From positions 5,572-69,571 of the forward strand of contig VGLU01000004.1 of NCBI GenBank assembly GCA_016882195.1: a DNA stretch of 64,000 bases, written 5' to 3'. The notes below the pieces were generated by a model. It was not told the DNA's origin, did no database searches, and saw only the letters and a list, made by a program, of their open reading frames with translations. Origin of the DNA: Thermoproteota archaeon. GTDB taxonomy: Archaea > Thermoproteota > Methanomethylicia > Methanomethylicales > Methanomethylicaceae. Both the position numbers and the translations under genes were made by a program. Below, piece by piece: positions 47,275 to 58,029 of the stretch (position 1 is its first letter; each line of letters opens with the position of its first letter).

Positions 47275-49086
47275 CTAGTCCTCTCCCGTGGCGGCCTCGG
47301 TGTAGTAGTACTCGTTTATCTCCTTCTGGTACCTGTCGAGCCAAGAGTCCCTCTTGTTGACCCTCGGCCTGCCGGTGTCGGAGTCCCTCCTGAAGGTTAT
47401 GCCCACCCCCTTGAGGAACTGGTTCATACCCTTTCTGAGACCCACTGGCGGGTTAGCCGCGCCCGACCTTCCTGGTTCCCCGGAGAAGACCATTACGCTG
47501 TCTGCGAGGAGGTCATTGGCGACGATGTCGTGCTCCACGACAAAGGCGGCCGAGCCCCGCTTCTCTGCAACCCTTCGGATCGATCTTGAGACGGCGAGCC
47601 TGTGTTCGACGTCGAGGTGTGCGGTCGGCTCGTCGAGGAGGTAAAGCCCTACGTCCCTGGAGAGGCAGACCGCGACCGCTGTCCTCTGCAGCTCCCCTCC
47701 GCTAAGGGAGCTAGTCTCTCGGTCGAGCAGGGGGGTTATGTCAAGGGGACCATAGATCTCCTCATTGAGCCAAGGATCGTTCAGCAGGGGGGGGTTTATG
47801 GAGGCAAGGATCTCCCGAAGGGTCTTGTCGGTGTTTGGAACCACATACTGGGGCTTGTAGCTGACCTTGATCCCGTTCTCATTTACGGAGCCCACCGTGG
47901 GTTCGATGATGCCCGCTATGACCTTGACGAAGGTTGTCTTCCCTGTGCCATTAGCCCCGACTATTCCCACGACCTCCCCCCTGTGGATATCTCCGGACTT
48001 TGCATCGAGCGTGAAGTCGCCCAGCACCTTCTTGAAATCGGCCCACCTCAAGAGGACGTCCTCTGACCTCCACTCGCTGGGCGCCGGGGAGAGGTGGAAC
48101 CTGATGGGGTAGGGTCTGAAGCGGACGTTTTCGTCGGGGATGTACCCGTTTATGTATATGTTGATACCCACGCGAACCCCGTGGGGCTTGGAGACGATGC
48201 CGTAGACACCGGCCTTGCCGTAGAAGAGGCACACCTGATTGGATATATAGTCAAGGACGGCCAGATCGTGCTCTGCCACCAGGACGTACTTGGATGCCTT
48301 CGCCAGTTGCTGCACCAGAGCGGCCATCCTCATCCTCTGGTAGACGTCGAGGTAGCTGGAGGGCTCATCAAAGATGTAGACATCGGCATCCCTTAGGGCA
48401 ACGGCAGCGATGGCCATCCTCTGCAGCTCCCCTCCGCTAAGGGAGTGGATGTCCTTCTTCCAGATTGTCTTCAGTGATAGCGTGGAGGCGACCTCGTCGA
48501 GGACCCCCCTCTCATCGATCTTGGAGAGGATCTCGCCGGCAGTTCCCGTAATCCTCTTTGGCGCCTCGTCTATGTACTGGGGCTTGGTGACCACTCGGAG
48601 CCTCTTCTCCGAGAGCTTCTTGAAGTATTCGTGGAGCTCAGAGCCCCTGAAGAAGCGCAGGAGGGACTTCCAGTCGGGCGGAGCGTCATAGAGCCCGAGG
48701 TTCGGCTTGATCTCCCCGCCGAGTATCTTGAGGGAGGTGGACTTCCCAGCCCCGTTCGGCCCGAGCAGACCCACCACCATGCCCTCCCTCGGGACGGGGA
48801 GGCGGTAGAGCTTGAAGGTGTTGGGCCCGTATCGGTGTACGGAGAGCTCCTCGAGCTCATCCGGCAGGTTTACGACCTTGAGGGCACCGTAGGGGCACTT
48901 CTTGACGCATATGCCACACCCCGTGCAGAGGTTCTCCGCCACCAACGGACGATCCATCGATGTGTCGTATTTTATGGCCTCGGCGCCCGTTCTCACGATG
49001 GGACAGAAACGTATGCACTCCCTGCCACAGTTGCCAGGTTTACAGAAGTCCGTATCTAGTACTACTACTCGCACCAACACGATCAC
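47275..49086 (-). CDS. ABCE1 (RNase L inhibitor / ribosome recycling factor)
   Basis: N-terminal Fe-S region (CKPGNCGRECIRFCP, CTGCGICVKKCP) followed by twin ABC ATPase domains. Confidence 0.9.
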   Translation of the reverse strand: MIVLVRVVVLDTDFCKPGNCGRECIRFCPIVRTGAEAIKYDTSMDRPLVAENLCTGCGICVKKCPYGALKVVNLPDELEELSVHRYGPNTFKLYRLPVPREGMVVGLLGPNGAGKSTSLKILGGEIKPNLGLYDAPPDWKSLLRFFRGSELHEYFKKLSEKRLRVVTKPQYIDEAPKRITGTAGEILSKIDERGVLDEVASTLSLKTIWKKDIHSLSGGELQRMAIAAVALRDADVYIFDEPSSYLDVYQRMRMAALVQQLAKASKYVLVAEHDLAVLDYISNQVCLFYGKAGVYGIVSKPHGVRVGINIYINGYIPDENVRFRPYPIRFHLSPAPSEWRSEDVLLRWADFKKVLGDFTLDAKSGDIHRGEVVGIVGANGTGKTTFVKVIAGIIEPTVGSVNENGIKVSYKPQYVVPNTDKTLREILASINPPLLNDPWLNEEIYGPLDITPLLDRETSSLSGGELQRTAVAVCLSRDVGLYLLDEPTAHLDVEHRLAVSRSIRRVAEKRGSAAFVVEHDIVANDLLADSVMVFSGEPGRSGAANPPVGLRKGMNQFLKGVGITFRRDSDTGRPRVNKRDSWLDRYQKEINEYYYTEAATGED

Positions 49087-49101
49087 CCGACGGCAGATGT
49101 C

Positions 49102-49410
49102 CTACTCGAATTCGGTCTCTTCGGAGGGACCCTCTTCCTCTTCACCTTCCTCTTGGAAGTTCTCCAGAAAGACCTCGTAGTAATCTGCCATGAGCTCGCG
49201 TTCCTCTTCCTTTCTCTTCTTCCCCTTCGCCAAGGGCTCTTCGACGACCAGCGTCTTCCTACGCTTTTTTTCGTCAACTGTTTGCACGATCTTATAGCCC
49301 TTTGATTCGCTGGCGGGCTTGTCAAAACCACATGATCTGCAGATGAGATGAATTTTATCAGTCTTCTTCGAGGGTATCAGAAGTTTACCACATTTGGGAC
49401 AGAATTCCAA
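49102..49410 (-). CDS. TFS/RpoM N-terminal zinc-ribbon paralog with Lys-rich and acidic tail (lacks C-terminal TFIIS-type ribbon)
   Basis: MEFCPKCGKLLIP...LICRSCGF (TTG start gives the canonical N-terminus), then KKRRK...EEGEEEEGPSEETEFE. No second Cys4 ribbon. Confidence 0.55.
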   Translation of the reverse strand: MEFCPKCGKLLIPSKKTDKIHLICRSCGFDKPASESKGYKIVQTVDEKKRRKTLVVEEPLAKGKKRKEEERELMADYYEVFLENFQEEGEEEEGPSEETEFE

Positions 49411-49450
49411 ACAACGCCCCCCAATAGATAAAGATGAGTAGGCTCACCAT

Positions 49451-49557
49451 TCCTCCTCTTCCTCGAATTCCTCCTCTTCCTCTGGCCACTCCTCCTCTTC
49501 CTCTGGCCACTCCTCCTCTTCCTCTGTCCAGTCCTCCTCAAAATCCTCCTCTTGTCC
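49451..49557. repeat. tandem ~21-nt repeats (TCCTCCTCTTCCTCTGGCCAC x2 plus degenerate flanking copies)
   Basis: Direct repeats in the 237-nt spacer between the TFS-like gene and yrdC. In the minus frame of the TFS-like gene they encode EEEEEWP repeats; in another frame QRKRRSG repeats. Confidence 0.6.
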
Positions 49558-49647
49558 ATGATAAAGCACTTTAAAGATCCCCCAGAGACGCAATCGGATT
49601 TGGGGAGCGTTGGGATATTTAAGTCTACCGATTGTATCATATAATGG

Positions 49648-50325
49648 ATGCCGGTGAACTGGATGAGGGTGAGGGTAAGTCCTAACGATCATGAGTGGAT
49701 ACGCGAGATCGCCGAGGTCGTGAGGGCAGGTGGGGTTATAGTCTATCCCACGGACACGGTTTATGGTATAGGCGGCGACCCGTTCAATGTGGCAACGGTG
49801 AGGAGGGTGCTTGAGATAAAGAGGAGGGGGGAGAGGCAGATGCCAGTCCTTGTCTCCGGAGAGGATAAGGCGAGGTTGGTGGTGGAGGTTGACGCCACGG
49901 CCCTCTCGCTTATGGAGACTTTCTGGCCCGGGGCTCTGACGATCGTGCTCAAGAAGAGGACCGAGGTACCGAGCGAACTTACTCTTGGCGGGGGGAAGCT
50001 CGGGGTCAGGATGCCCAACCACGAACTGGCCCTAAGGATCATTGAGGCGTGCGGGGGGGTGCTGATAGGAACCAGCGCGAATATCTCAGGCAACCCGCCA
50101 GCAAGGAGCGTGGAAGAGCTGGATAGCAGGGTGGAGGGGAGCGCGGATGTAGTGGTCGACGGAGGAGAGGCGACGTTAGGGGTCGCCTCGACCGTTGTTG
50201 AGGTTGGCCCCCCAGAGGAGGATAGACCGGCAAAGGTGATCGCGCCCAATGTCAGGGTTCTTAGGGAGGGGGCCATCGGCGCTGATGTTATTAGAGCTAA
50301 GCTGTTAGAGAGGCATGGAGGGTGA
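49648..50325 (+). CDS. L-threonylcarbamoyladenylate synthase (YrdC/Sua5 family, short form)
   Basis: VIVYPTDTVYGIGGDP...LLIGTSANISG motifs. Confidence 0.8.
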   Translation: MPVNWMRVRVSPNDHEWIREIAEVVRAGGVIVYPTDTVYGIGGDPFNVATVRRVLEIKRRGERQMPVLVSGEDKARLVVEVDATALSLMETFWPGALTIVLKKRTEVPSELTLGGGKLGVRMPNHELALRIIEACGGVLIGTSANISGNPPARSVEELDSRVEGSADVVVDGGEATLGVASTVVEVGPPEEDRPAKVIAPNVRVLREGAIGADVIRAKLLERHGG

Positions 50326-50864
50326 GGCGGGTGCAAGGCTTTAACCTGATAGTGACCACGCAGAGGGGCAATGAGAAAAACTGCGTCAAGGAGGTCTTGA
50401 TGCTGGTAGATGAGGTCGGCGGTCCAGAGACGAGGCTAAAGAGGACGAGGTTCCCCGGGTTGCTCGCTGGTACCGTGAAGGGAGATCCGGTGGATCTTCT
50501 GAGGAGGATAAGACCGCTGATCGAGGAGGACCCGTGGGATTTGAGGTTCGCACAGAAGCTGGTTCCCGTACAGAAGAACATTGCGGCGGACATAATGAGT
50601 CTAAAGGGGGCTGTGGGAGGGCTTGCACCCATGATACCGGCCGGTGCCAGCTTCAAGATAGTGGTGAACAAGAGGGGGTCGGATCTTAGGACTGGTGAGA
50701 TAATCAGAGAGGCGGCATCAACGATCGAGAGGAGGGTGGACTTGGAAACTCCGGACAAGATCGTACAGATAGAGATCATCGACGATGTTGCCGGGATCTC
50801 ACTGATCGCAGGCGACGACATAATATCGGTGACAAAACTGCAGGAGAGGGCCATGGAGGGCTAG
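50322..50864 (+). CDS. THUMP-domain protein (Tan1-like)
   Basis: NLIVTTQRGNEKNCVKEV N-terminus; 4-nt overlap with yrdC. Confidence 0.5.
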   Translation: MRRVQGFNLIVTTQRGNEKNCVKEVLMLVDEVGGPETRLKRTRFPGLLAGTVKGDPVDLLRRIRPLIEEDPWDLRFAQKLVPVQKNIAADIMSLKGAVGGLAPMIPAGASFKIVVNKRGSDLRTGEIIREAASTIERRVDLETPDKIVQIEIIDDVAGISLIAGDDIISVTKLQERAMEG

Positions 50865-50911
50865 CAACAGCTACAAGAAAATGTATATAAAAATATGTTT
50901 TTGATAATATA

Positions 50912-52229
50912 GTGGAGCTATACTCAGAAAGAGATGACGCCATTCAAATGAGCCATCCCTGGAGGACAAGGGGGGAGAAGAGGACAATAGCCGTAGAGTA
51001 CCAGCCGAGCGAGGAGATCCTGAGTTATCTCACTGACATGAGGGATGCGCTGAGGATGGCCCTCGTATACGCATATGTCATGGCAAGGGAGGACGACAGC
51101 AGGCTCCCAGGCCCTATAGCATTGAGGAGGAGGTTCAGGGAATGGTTCTACCCCCGATATGGCTATGCCAGGCACCACATCAGCCCCCTATGCAGAAATG
51201 CGGTGGCTTTGCTCAGGTCCTACAAGAAGAAGCATAAGAGGCTTGAGATACCTGAAGTTAAGAGGCTCGCAATGAGGATAGATGCAGAACTATTAAAGAG
51301 AGAGCAGGGAAATGATGGTTCAGTATCCGTCAGGATAACACTTCAACCATTCAAGTATGAACATATCACGTTTACCCCGAGGCACAAGAGGTGGGAGGAG
51401 TACAATAAAGGAAGGGCATCCGAGCTTCTGATCACAGATAGGAGGCTATACATAACCTTCGTTACCAACGGTGGGAAGAAGGAAACCCCTTGGTAGCAGG
51501 TTCGTTGCCTCAGACCTCAACTTCAACACAATAGACTCGACCGTGGCATCAAAGGAAGGTGAAACAGTCAAGCTCCGGCAGGCGAGGACAGAGCCTATTG
51601 GCAGAATCGCAAGGATACAGAACGACTTCTCAAGAAGGAGAAGAAGGATACAATTACATATAAAGAACCCGAAGAAGAGAGCGAAGAAGCTCAAAGAGAC
51701 GAGGGGGAGGCAGAGGAACAGGATAAGGGACGCTCTCCAAAAGCTCTCAGCTGAACAGGTGAGAGAGAATCCTGGCGCATCATTCGTCTTCGAGAGGCTG
51801 ACCAGGATAAGGGAGAACGATAATGCAAAGAGCAAGAAGCTTCGAACATACTTGAACAGATGGCCATACCGGATGTACCAGTCAATGGTGGAGTACAAGT
51901 CCACCTTTAGGACCGTATACGTGAGCCCAGGAGGGACCTCATCGAGGTGTCCCGTATGTGGTGGTAAGGTAAGGCACCCAGCCTGGGCTGTGAGCAGGTG
52001 CGAGAAATGCGGCGCAGACTACGGCAGGGACAGGCTTTCCTCGCTGGAGATACTCCTCCGTGGTATGCGCCTGTGCGGCCAACCGTTTGCCGTGAGTGCG
52101 GATGCCTCCTGGCGGCTTATGAGGGATGAGTACCTGTACGCTCCTGCCGTGCCTGACGGCTGGAGGGCAGGATGGACCGAGGCTGCCAACGCTCCGAATG
52201 GGAATGTATATGAAAATATACATTCCTAG
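50912..52229 (+). pseudogene. tnpB: TnpB-like gene (third subfamily) split by a frameshift near 51470-51500
   Basis: N-terminal half 50912-51496 and C-terminal half 51471-52229 (RuvC-like core plus SRCPVCGG...CEKCGADYGRDRLSSLEIL zinc finger) lie in different frames. Confidence 0.6.
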
Positions 52230-52235
52230 AAACGG

Positions 52236-52802
52236 CTAGCGGTAGAGGTCTGATAGAGCCACCCTCTCCAGTATCAATGACTTCAGCGCCTCCAGTTTTG
52301 AGGCTGAGAGCTGCTCGGACACGGCTAGTTCGTTCTTGGTTATGCCGTACTTATGGATAAGGACCTGGAACTTGTCCTCTGTGAGCCCCACCAAGCGCTC
52401 ATCCTCCGACCCGTACCGCATGAACATTTTACCTACGGTATTAAGCCCTGCCCGAGAGTTGGAGAGGACTATTACGACCCACCCCCGAGAGCCCTCTGTG
52501 ACCCCGGCGCTACCTATGGCTTCCTTGATCTGTCGCCTTCCGGATGCGTAGAGCATAACCTCCGTAGCCGGGGAGTGAGCAAGGCCTCTCCTTGCGTTCC
52601 ATGCTTTAACGGAGAGAAGGGCGGCCGTGAGAAGGTGTTCGTACCCTGCCACGGACTCAGCCCCAAATATCTGGACGCTTACTTCAGGATCGGATGAGAC
52701 TGATTTGAGGACTTCCTGGACGGAGCAGGACTGGTTTGGTCTTATCCCCATCACCAAGAGGTAGCGAAATCTGGAGGCACCTCCTAGATTGAATATCTGC
52801 AT
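52236..52802 (-). CDS. Cgi121-like KEOPS subunit (tentative)
   Basis: MQIFNLGG N-terminus and ASGRRQIKEAIGSAG motif recalled from Cgi121. Confidence 0.45.
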   Translation of the reverse strand: MQIFNLGGASRFRYLLVMGIRPNQSCSVQEVLKSVSSDPEVSVQIFGAESVAGYEHLLTAALLSVKAWNARRGLAHSPATEVMLYASGRRQIKEAIGSAGVTEGSRGWVVIVLSNSRAGLNTVGKMFMRYGSEDERLVGLTEDKFQVLIHKYGITKNELAVSEQLSASKLEALKSLILERVALSDLYR

Positions 52803-53392
52803 TAAGGTGACACCTGCGAGTTCTTAGAGGTCAGATACCTGTCGATGAGCACCAAGGAGATGCCTGTGGACGCAAGCCTTTCCCTTAGCTCGTGGGGATC
52901 CTTTGTCTCCTCGCTCCAGATCTTTATTAGGTGCTCAAGGGTCTCCCTCACCTCCCACGGGTACATCACCCAGTTGTCCGTCATATTGACGTAGTAGTCG
53001 GGCACCACCCTTGACCAAGGTTTAAGGTGGATCGTGGCGACCTTGGTTACCCGTGCGCCCTGATCCTCTATGTGCCGCCTGGCAAGGAGGAGGCTCTCGC
53101 CCGTGTCAGCAACGTCATCTGCAATGAGGACGAGCTTGCCCTTTGGAGACTCGGAGAGGGGCTGTGTTATCTTGGGGGCCCTCTCCTTGTCATTCACGCC
53201 CTTGTAGAACTCTATCTTGACTGACGCCAGATCCTTCACGTCCAGCAGATCTGAGAGGATTCGAGCCACCACCCAACCGCCGCGTGCGATGCCCACTATC
53301 ATCTCGGGGTAAAAGCCGCTCTCAGAGACCTTGTTGGCGAGGGCGAGCAGGGAGGATTGGATGTCGTCCCAAGTGACTGCTAATATCTTCAT
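52802..53392 (-). CDS. type I phosphoribosyltransferase (purine PRTase-like)
   Basis: PRPP-binding motif LVLIADDVADTGESL; MIVGIARGGWVVAR. Confidence 0.7.
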   Translation of the reverse strand: MKILAVTWDDIQSSLLALANKVSESGFYPEMIVGIARGGWVVARILSDLLDVKDLASVKIEFYKGVNDKERAPKITQPLSESPKGKLVLIADDVADTGESLLLARRHIEDQGARVTKVATIHLKPWSRVVPDYYVNMTDNWVMYPWEVRETLEHLIKIWSEETKDPHELRERLASTGISLVLIDRYLTSKNSQVSP

Positions 53393-53403
53393 AGCCCCAA
53401 CCC

Positions 53404-53655
53404 CTATCCGCCGTGAACTGATGGGAGAAACGTTACCTCGTCCCCGTTCTTCAGCTTAGCATCTGTTCCGCCCAAGAGGGAGGCGTCCACGTTGTTGATG
53501 AAGACCAAGATATCGGGCCTGATGTCTCCTTCCATAAAGAATCTGCCCTTTAGCAAGTTGCCCTCCACTCTCCGTAGATGCTTTAGAAGATCGCTAAGGG
53601 ATCCCCCGGTTATGCTGAAGGTCCTCTCCGGCTCCTCGGCAAGGCCTTTGAGCAC
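53404..53655 (-). CDS. MoaD/ThiS/SAMP-type ubiquitin-like sulfur carrier
   Basis: 83 aa ending ...TFLPSVHGG with a C-terminal Gly-Gly. Confidence 0.6.
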   Translation of the reverse strand: MLKGLAEEPERTFSITGGSLSDLLKHLRRVEGNLLKGRFFMEGDIRPDILVFINNVDASLLGGTDAKLKNGDEVTFLPSVHGG

Positions 53656-53672
53656 TGCAAGGTACCTGACCT

Positions 53673-54530
53673 TTATGGTGATCGCAGTCGTTGGAATCCC
53701 CCACCAAAGCTTCTTGGTTCAAAGATATAAACTTCCTCTTCGTATCTTCTGCCATCAATAATGGCGCCGCCGGAGAGCTTCTTGAAGTCGCCACCCGCGA
53801 GCAGCTCTCTAAGGCTGGAGTCCGCGCTGGAGGCACCCTTTCTGAGCCACTCAAGAGGGATATCGAGGCCCATGGGGCGGGAGGGAATTATATGCCGCGT
53901 AGACTTCTTGGGGAAGAGCCTCCCTGTTATCGCGGCACGGATCGCCTCCTCCTTAGTTATGGGAGGGGGAGCCAAAATGGCACCTATCTCTCCAGAATCC
54001 AGCCTCTCCATGGCGTCGCGCTCCGTGTCATAGCTCAATTTATGCCCTCTTCCACTCAACCCATACTCAAAGAAGGAGAGAAATCGATAGGCGTCAAATA
54101 TGTTGAATTTGGAGTCGAAGACGTAGGAGCGATCTCTGAAGACGATCGAGAACTGTGCTCTCCTGGCTTCCACCGCGGCCAAGCCTTCTTCCTTTGGCAC
54201 CACCCTTGCCTGCATAAAGGGGGATGTATCAAAGTCGGGCTTCTTGTCCACGCAACGGTACCAACAGCCGATCTTGACATTGTCGGACCGGTAATCGTAG
54301 AGCGCCACAGGGACGGAGGGGCATCCCAAGCGCATGAGCGCCCAGTACCTGTGGGTTCCGTCCAGTATCATGAAGTTATCTGTTTCCACCAGTAGCGGGT
54401 CATGAACCACCCCCTCTACGCGTATCGAGTTGGTGATACCAAGAAGGATTTGAGGATCGTACTCCTCGTGAGGATGGATCAACTCTATGGGTAAAACCTC
54501 TATCCTCGGGGGGTTGGACGATGATGGCAT
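53673..54530 (-). CDS. ParB/Srx-like N-terminal domain protein
   Basis: ELIHPHEE...FMILDGTHRYWALMRLG (ParB-nuclease-like) with a ~150-aa C-terminal region of unknown function. Confidence 0.45.
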   Translation of the reverse strand: MPSSSNPPRIEVLPIELIHPHEEYDPQILLGITNSIRVEGVVHDPLLVETDNFMILDGTHRYWALMRLGCPSVPVALYDYRSDNVKIGCWYRCVDKKPDFDTSPFMQARVVPKEEGLAAVEARRAQFSIVFRDRSYVFDSKFNIFDAYRFLSFFEYGLSGRGHKLSYDTERDAMERLDSGEIGAILAPPPITKEEAIRAAITGRLFPKKSTRHIIPSRPMGLDIPLEWLRKGASSADSSLRELLAGGDFKKLSGGAIIDGRRYEEEVYIFEPRSFGGGFQRLRSP

Positions 54531-54751
54531 TACCCGTTCCTCACAGATCTTGGTCAGTGGAGGTGCTTGTTCTTCATCGTTGCCTCAGTGCAGGTCAACC
54601 ACTTCATTCCAGTACTCCCTTTGATGAATGCAATATAAAAAATTATTATTTCATTCGTGGAACCGGCCATCGATCCCGGATGGGAAACCATGCCAGATTG
54701 GAAATAAGATGCACAGAAATAAAAGGGGCTGGAAGATGAAAGAGGTGCCCA

Positions 54752-55162
54752 CTATTCCTTGGGAGCGTCCTCTGAGCCGGCATCCTCTGATTCTGTTTCC
54801 TCGTCAACGGCAGGCTCGGCTTCAGCCGCATCCTCAGGCGCTTCTTGAGGGGCGGACTCCTCCTTAGGAGCCTCCTTGGTCACATCGGTGGCTGTTGCCT
54901 CAGTAGTAAGGGGCTTTTCAGCCACCTCCTGCGAGGCCATCTCCGCCTCCTCGGCCGCCAATGCCTCCTCCCTCCTCTTCTGGGATACGAGGAGTCGTGT
55001 AATGTAACCCGCTACCCTGTTGTTTAGGCGCTTACTCCGGATATCGGAATATTGATAGACGAGCTTCTTATTTGCAGCAAAGTCGGTGGTGAATACGGTA
55101 CCATACTTACTCACCAGTTCAGCGGATATGCCCTTTACCTTGCCGATGCGCACTTTACCCAA
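54752..55162 (-). CDS. rps17e: ribosomal protein eS17 with long acidic C-terminal extension
   Basis: GKVRIGKVKG...TDFAANKKLV...KRLNNRVAGYITRLL, then ~70 aa Glu/Ala/Asp-rich tail. Probable TTG start; ORF extends to 55240. Confidence 0.75.
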   Translation of the reverse strand: MGKVRIGKVKGISAELVSKYGTVFTTDFAANKKLVYQYSDIRSKRLNNRVAGYITRLLVSQKRREEALAAEEAEMASQEVAEKPLTTEATATDVTKEAPKEESAPQEAPEDAAEAEPAVDEETESEDAGSEDAPKE

Positions 55163-55271
55163 GACGGCCACCACAATCAACCACCCGATACAAACACGAT
55201 AATTTAAGACTTTTGATTTGACGGGAGGGCAGGATTTCAAGGGCGTGGCAAGGTAAAGATTTTATACTGAC

Positions 55272-55529
55272 TTGGACAATTCTTCAACGGCGGATGCTAT
55301 GACGGATATTGCCATCTCACCAATTGATAGGATAATGAGGAAGGCAGGAGCCGAGAGGGTCAGTGAGGAGGGGGCGGAGGCGCTCAGAGAGGTCATTGAG
55401 TCGCTGGCTTTGGATATATCCAGAGAGTCCATAGCCTTGGCAAAACACGCCGGAAGGAAGACCGTTAATGCGGAGGACGTTAAGATGGCAAGCCGGAAGC
55501 TCATTGCACTCACAAAGCTGGGCGTCTGA
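55272..55529 (+). CDS. archaeal histone (HMf-like fold) with short N- and C-terminal extensions
   Basis: [59 protein letters not shown]. Start may be Met10 at 55299. Confidence 0.75.
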   Translation: MDNSSTADAMTDIAISPIDRIMRKAGAERVSEEGAEALREVIESLALDISRESIALAKHAGRKTVNAEDVKMASRKLIALTKLGV

Positions 55530-55636
55530 TCTGCGGACCCCAACCGTTACGCGACTGCCTAGACGTCTCCTTCATACAGAAACGAATATATAGAAGTGTA
55601 AAGGCTTTCTTTTTGACATTTATTGTGGTGAATCCT

Positions 55637-57283
<1,647 letters not shown>

Positions 57284-57287
57284 ACCT

Positions 57288-57312
57288 GCTTCTTCCCCTT
57301 TCTTTCTTTATC
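57288..57312 (+). terminator. pyrimidine/T-rich tract immediately after the thermosome stop
   Basis: CTTCTTCCCCTTTCTTTCTTTATC. Confidence 0.3.
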
Positions 57313-57465
57313 TCAATTCTCCTTTCAGCTAATCTCATGCCTACATCATGGATGCTAAACCTCTCCACACATTCGTGGAGGGAAACAGGTAATGTTTAAA
57401 CTGGCGTCCTTCATAATAAAAGTGTAAGAACACACGAGGGGTTTTGTATTACAAACAGGAATGCT

Positions 57466-58029
57466 GTGGTAATAACAGGAACGCCAGGTGTTGGGAAGAC
57501 CGCAGTGGCGAAGAGGCTCGCAGAGAAGATGGGCGTCAGGTTGATTGAGCTCAATCTTCTCGCAAGAGAGGCGGGGGGTGTAGAGGGCAAGGACCCCCAG
57601 AGAGGGACGGATATAATAAAGCCAAGGGTCGTCCGAAGCGCGCTGAGAAGGATCCTGAAAGAGAGTGGCGAGATGGTCATTGTCGAGGGGCACTATGGTG
57701 AGTTGGTGCCCCCAGAGTTTGTGAAGGTCGCGATTGTGCTGAGGACCAACCCGTTATCACTGACAGAACGGTTGAAGGGAAGGGGGTATCCGGAGGCAAA
57801 GGTCAAAGAGAACGTGGAGGCGGAGCTTCTGGACTACTGCCTCATAAAGGCAGTGGAGGCATATGGGGAGGGAAGGGTTGTAGAGGTTGACACCACCGAA
57901 TTGGACACAGAGGGGGCGGTAAAAGAGGGCGAGGGCATAATACGCGGTGAGGGCGGGTTACCTGCTGGCAGCATAAATTGGATCGCTAGGCTTGAGAGGG
58001 AAGGGACGATAAAAGATCTGATCCGGTAG
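57466..58029 (+). CDS. Fap7/adenylate-kinase-6-like NTPase
   Basis: P-loop ITGTPGVGKT with GTG start; HYGELVP...VLRTNP. Confidence 0.7.
   Translation: MVITGTPGVGKTAVAKRLAEKMGVRLIELNLLAREAGGVEGKDPQRGTDIIKPRVVRSALRRILKESGEMVIVEGHYGELVPPEFVKVAIVLRTNPLSLTERLKGRGYPEAKVKENVEAELLDYCLIKAVEAYGEGRVVEVDTTELDTEGAVKEGEGIIRGEGGLPAGSINWIARLEREGTIKDLIR

Noticed and set aside
49377-49640. 87-aa ORF encoding QRKRRSG repeats (alternative frame of the same repeats)
   Set aside because: It overlaps the TFS-like gene start and the yrdC promoter region. The frame choice is arbitrary without expression data.
49444-50022. 192-aa minus-strand ORF ending in EEEEEWP repeats
   Set aside because: Its N-terminal two-thirds is antisense to the well-supported yrdC gene. 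Only the repeat-derived tail is noteworthy; it is handled as a repeat finding rather than a gene.
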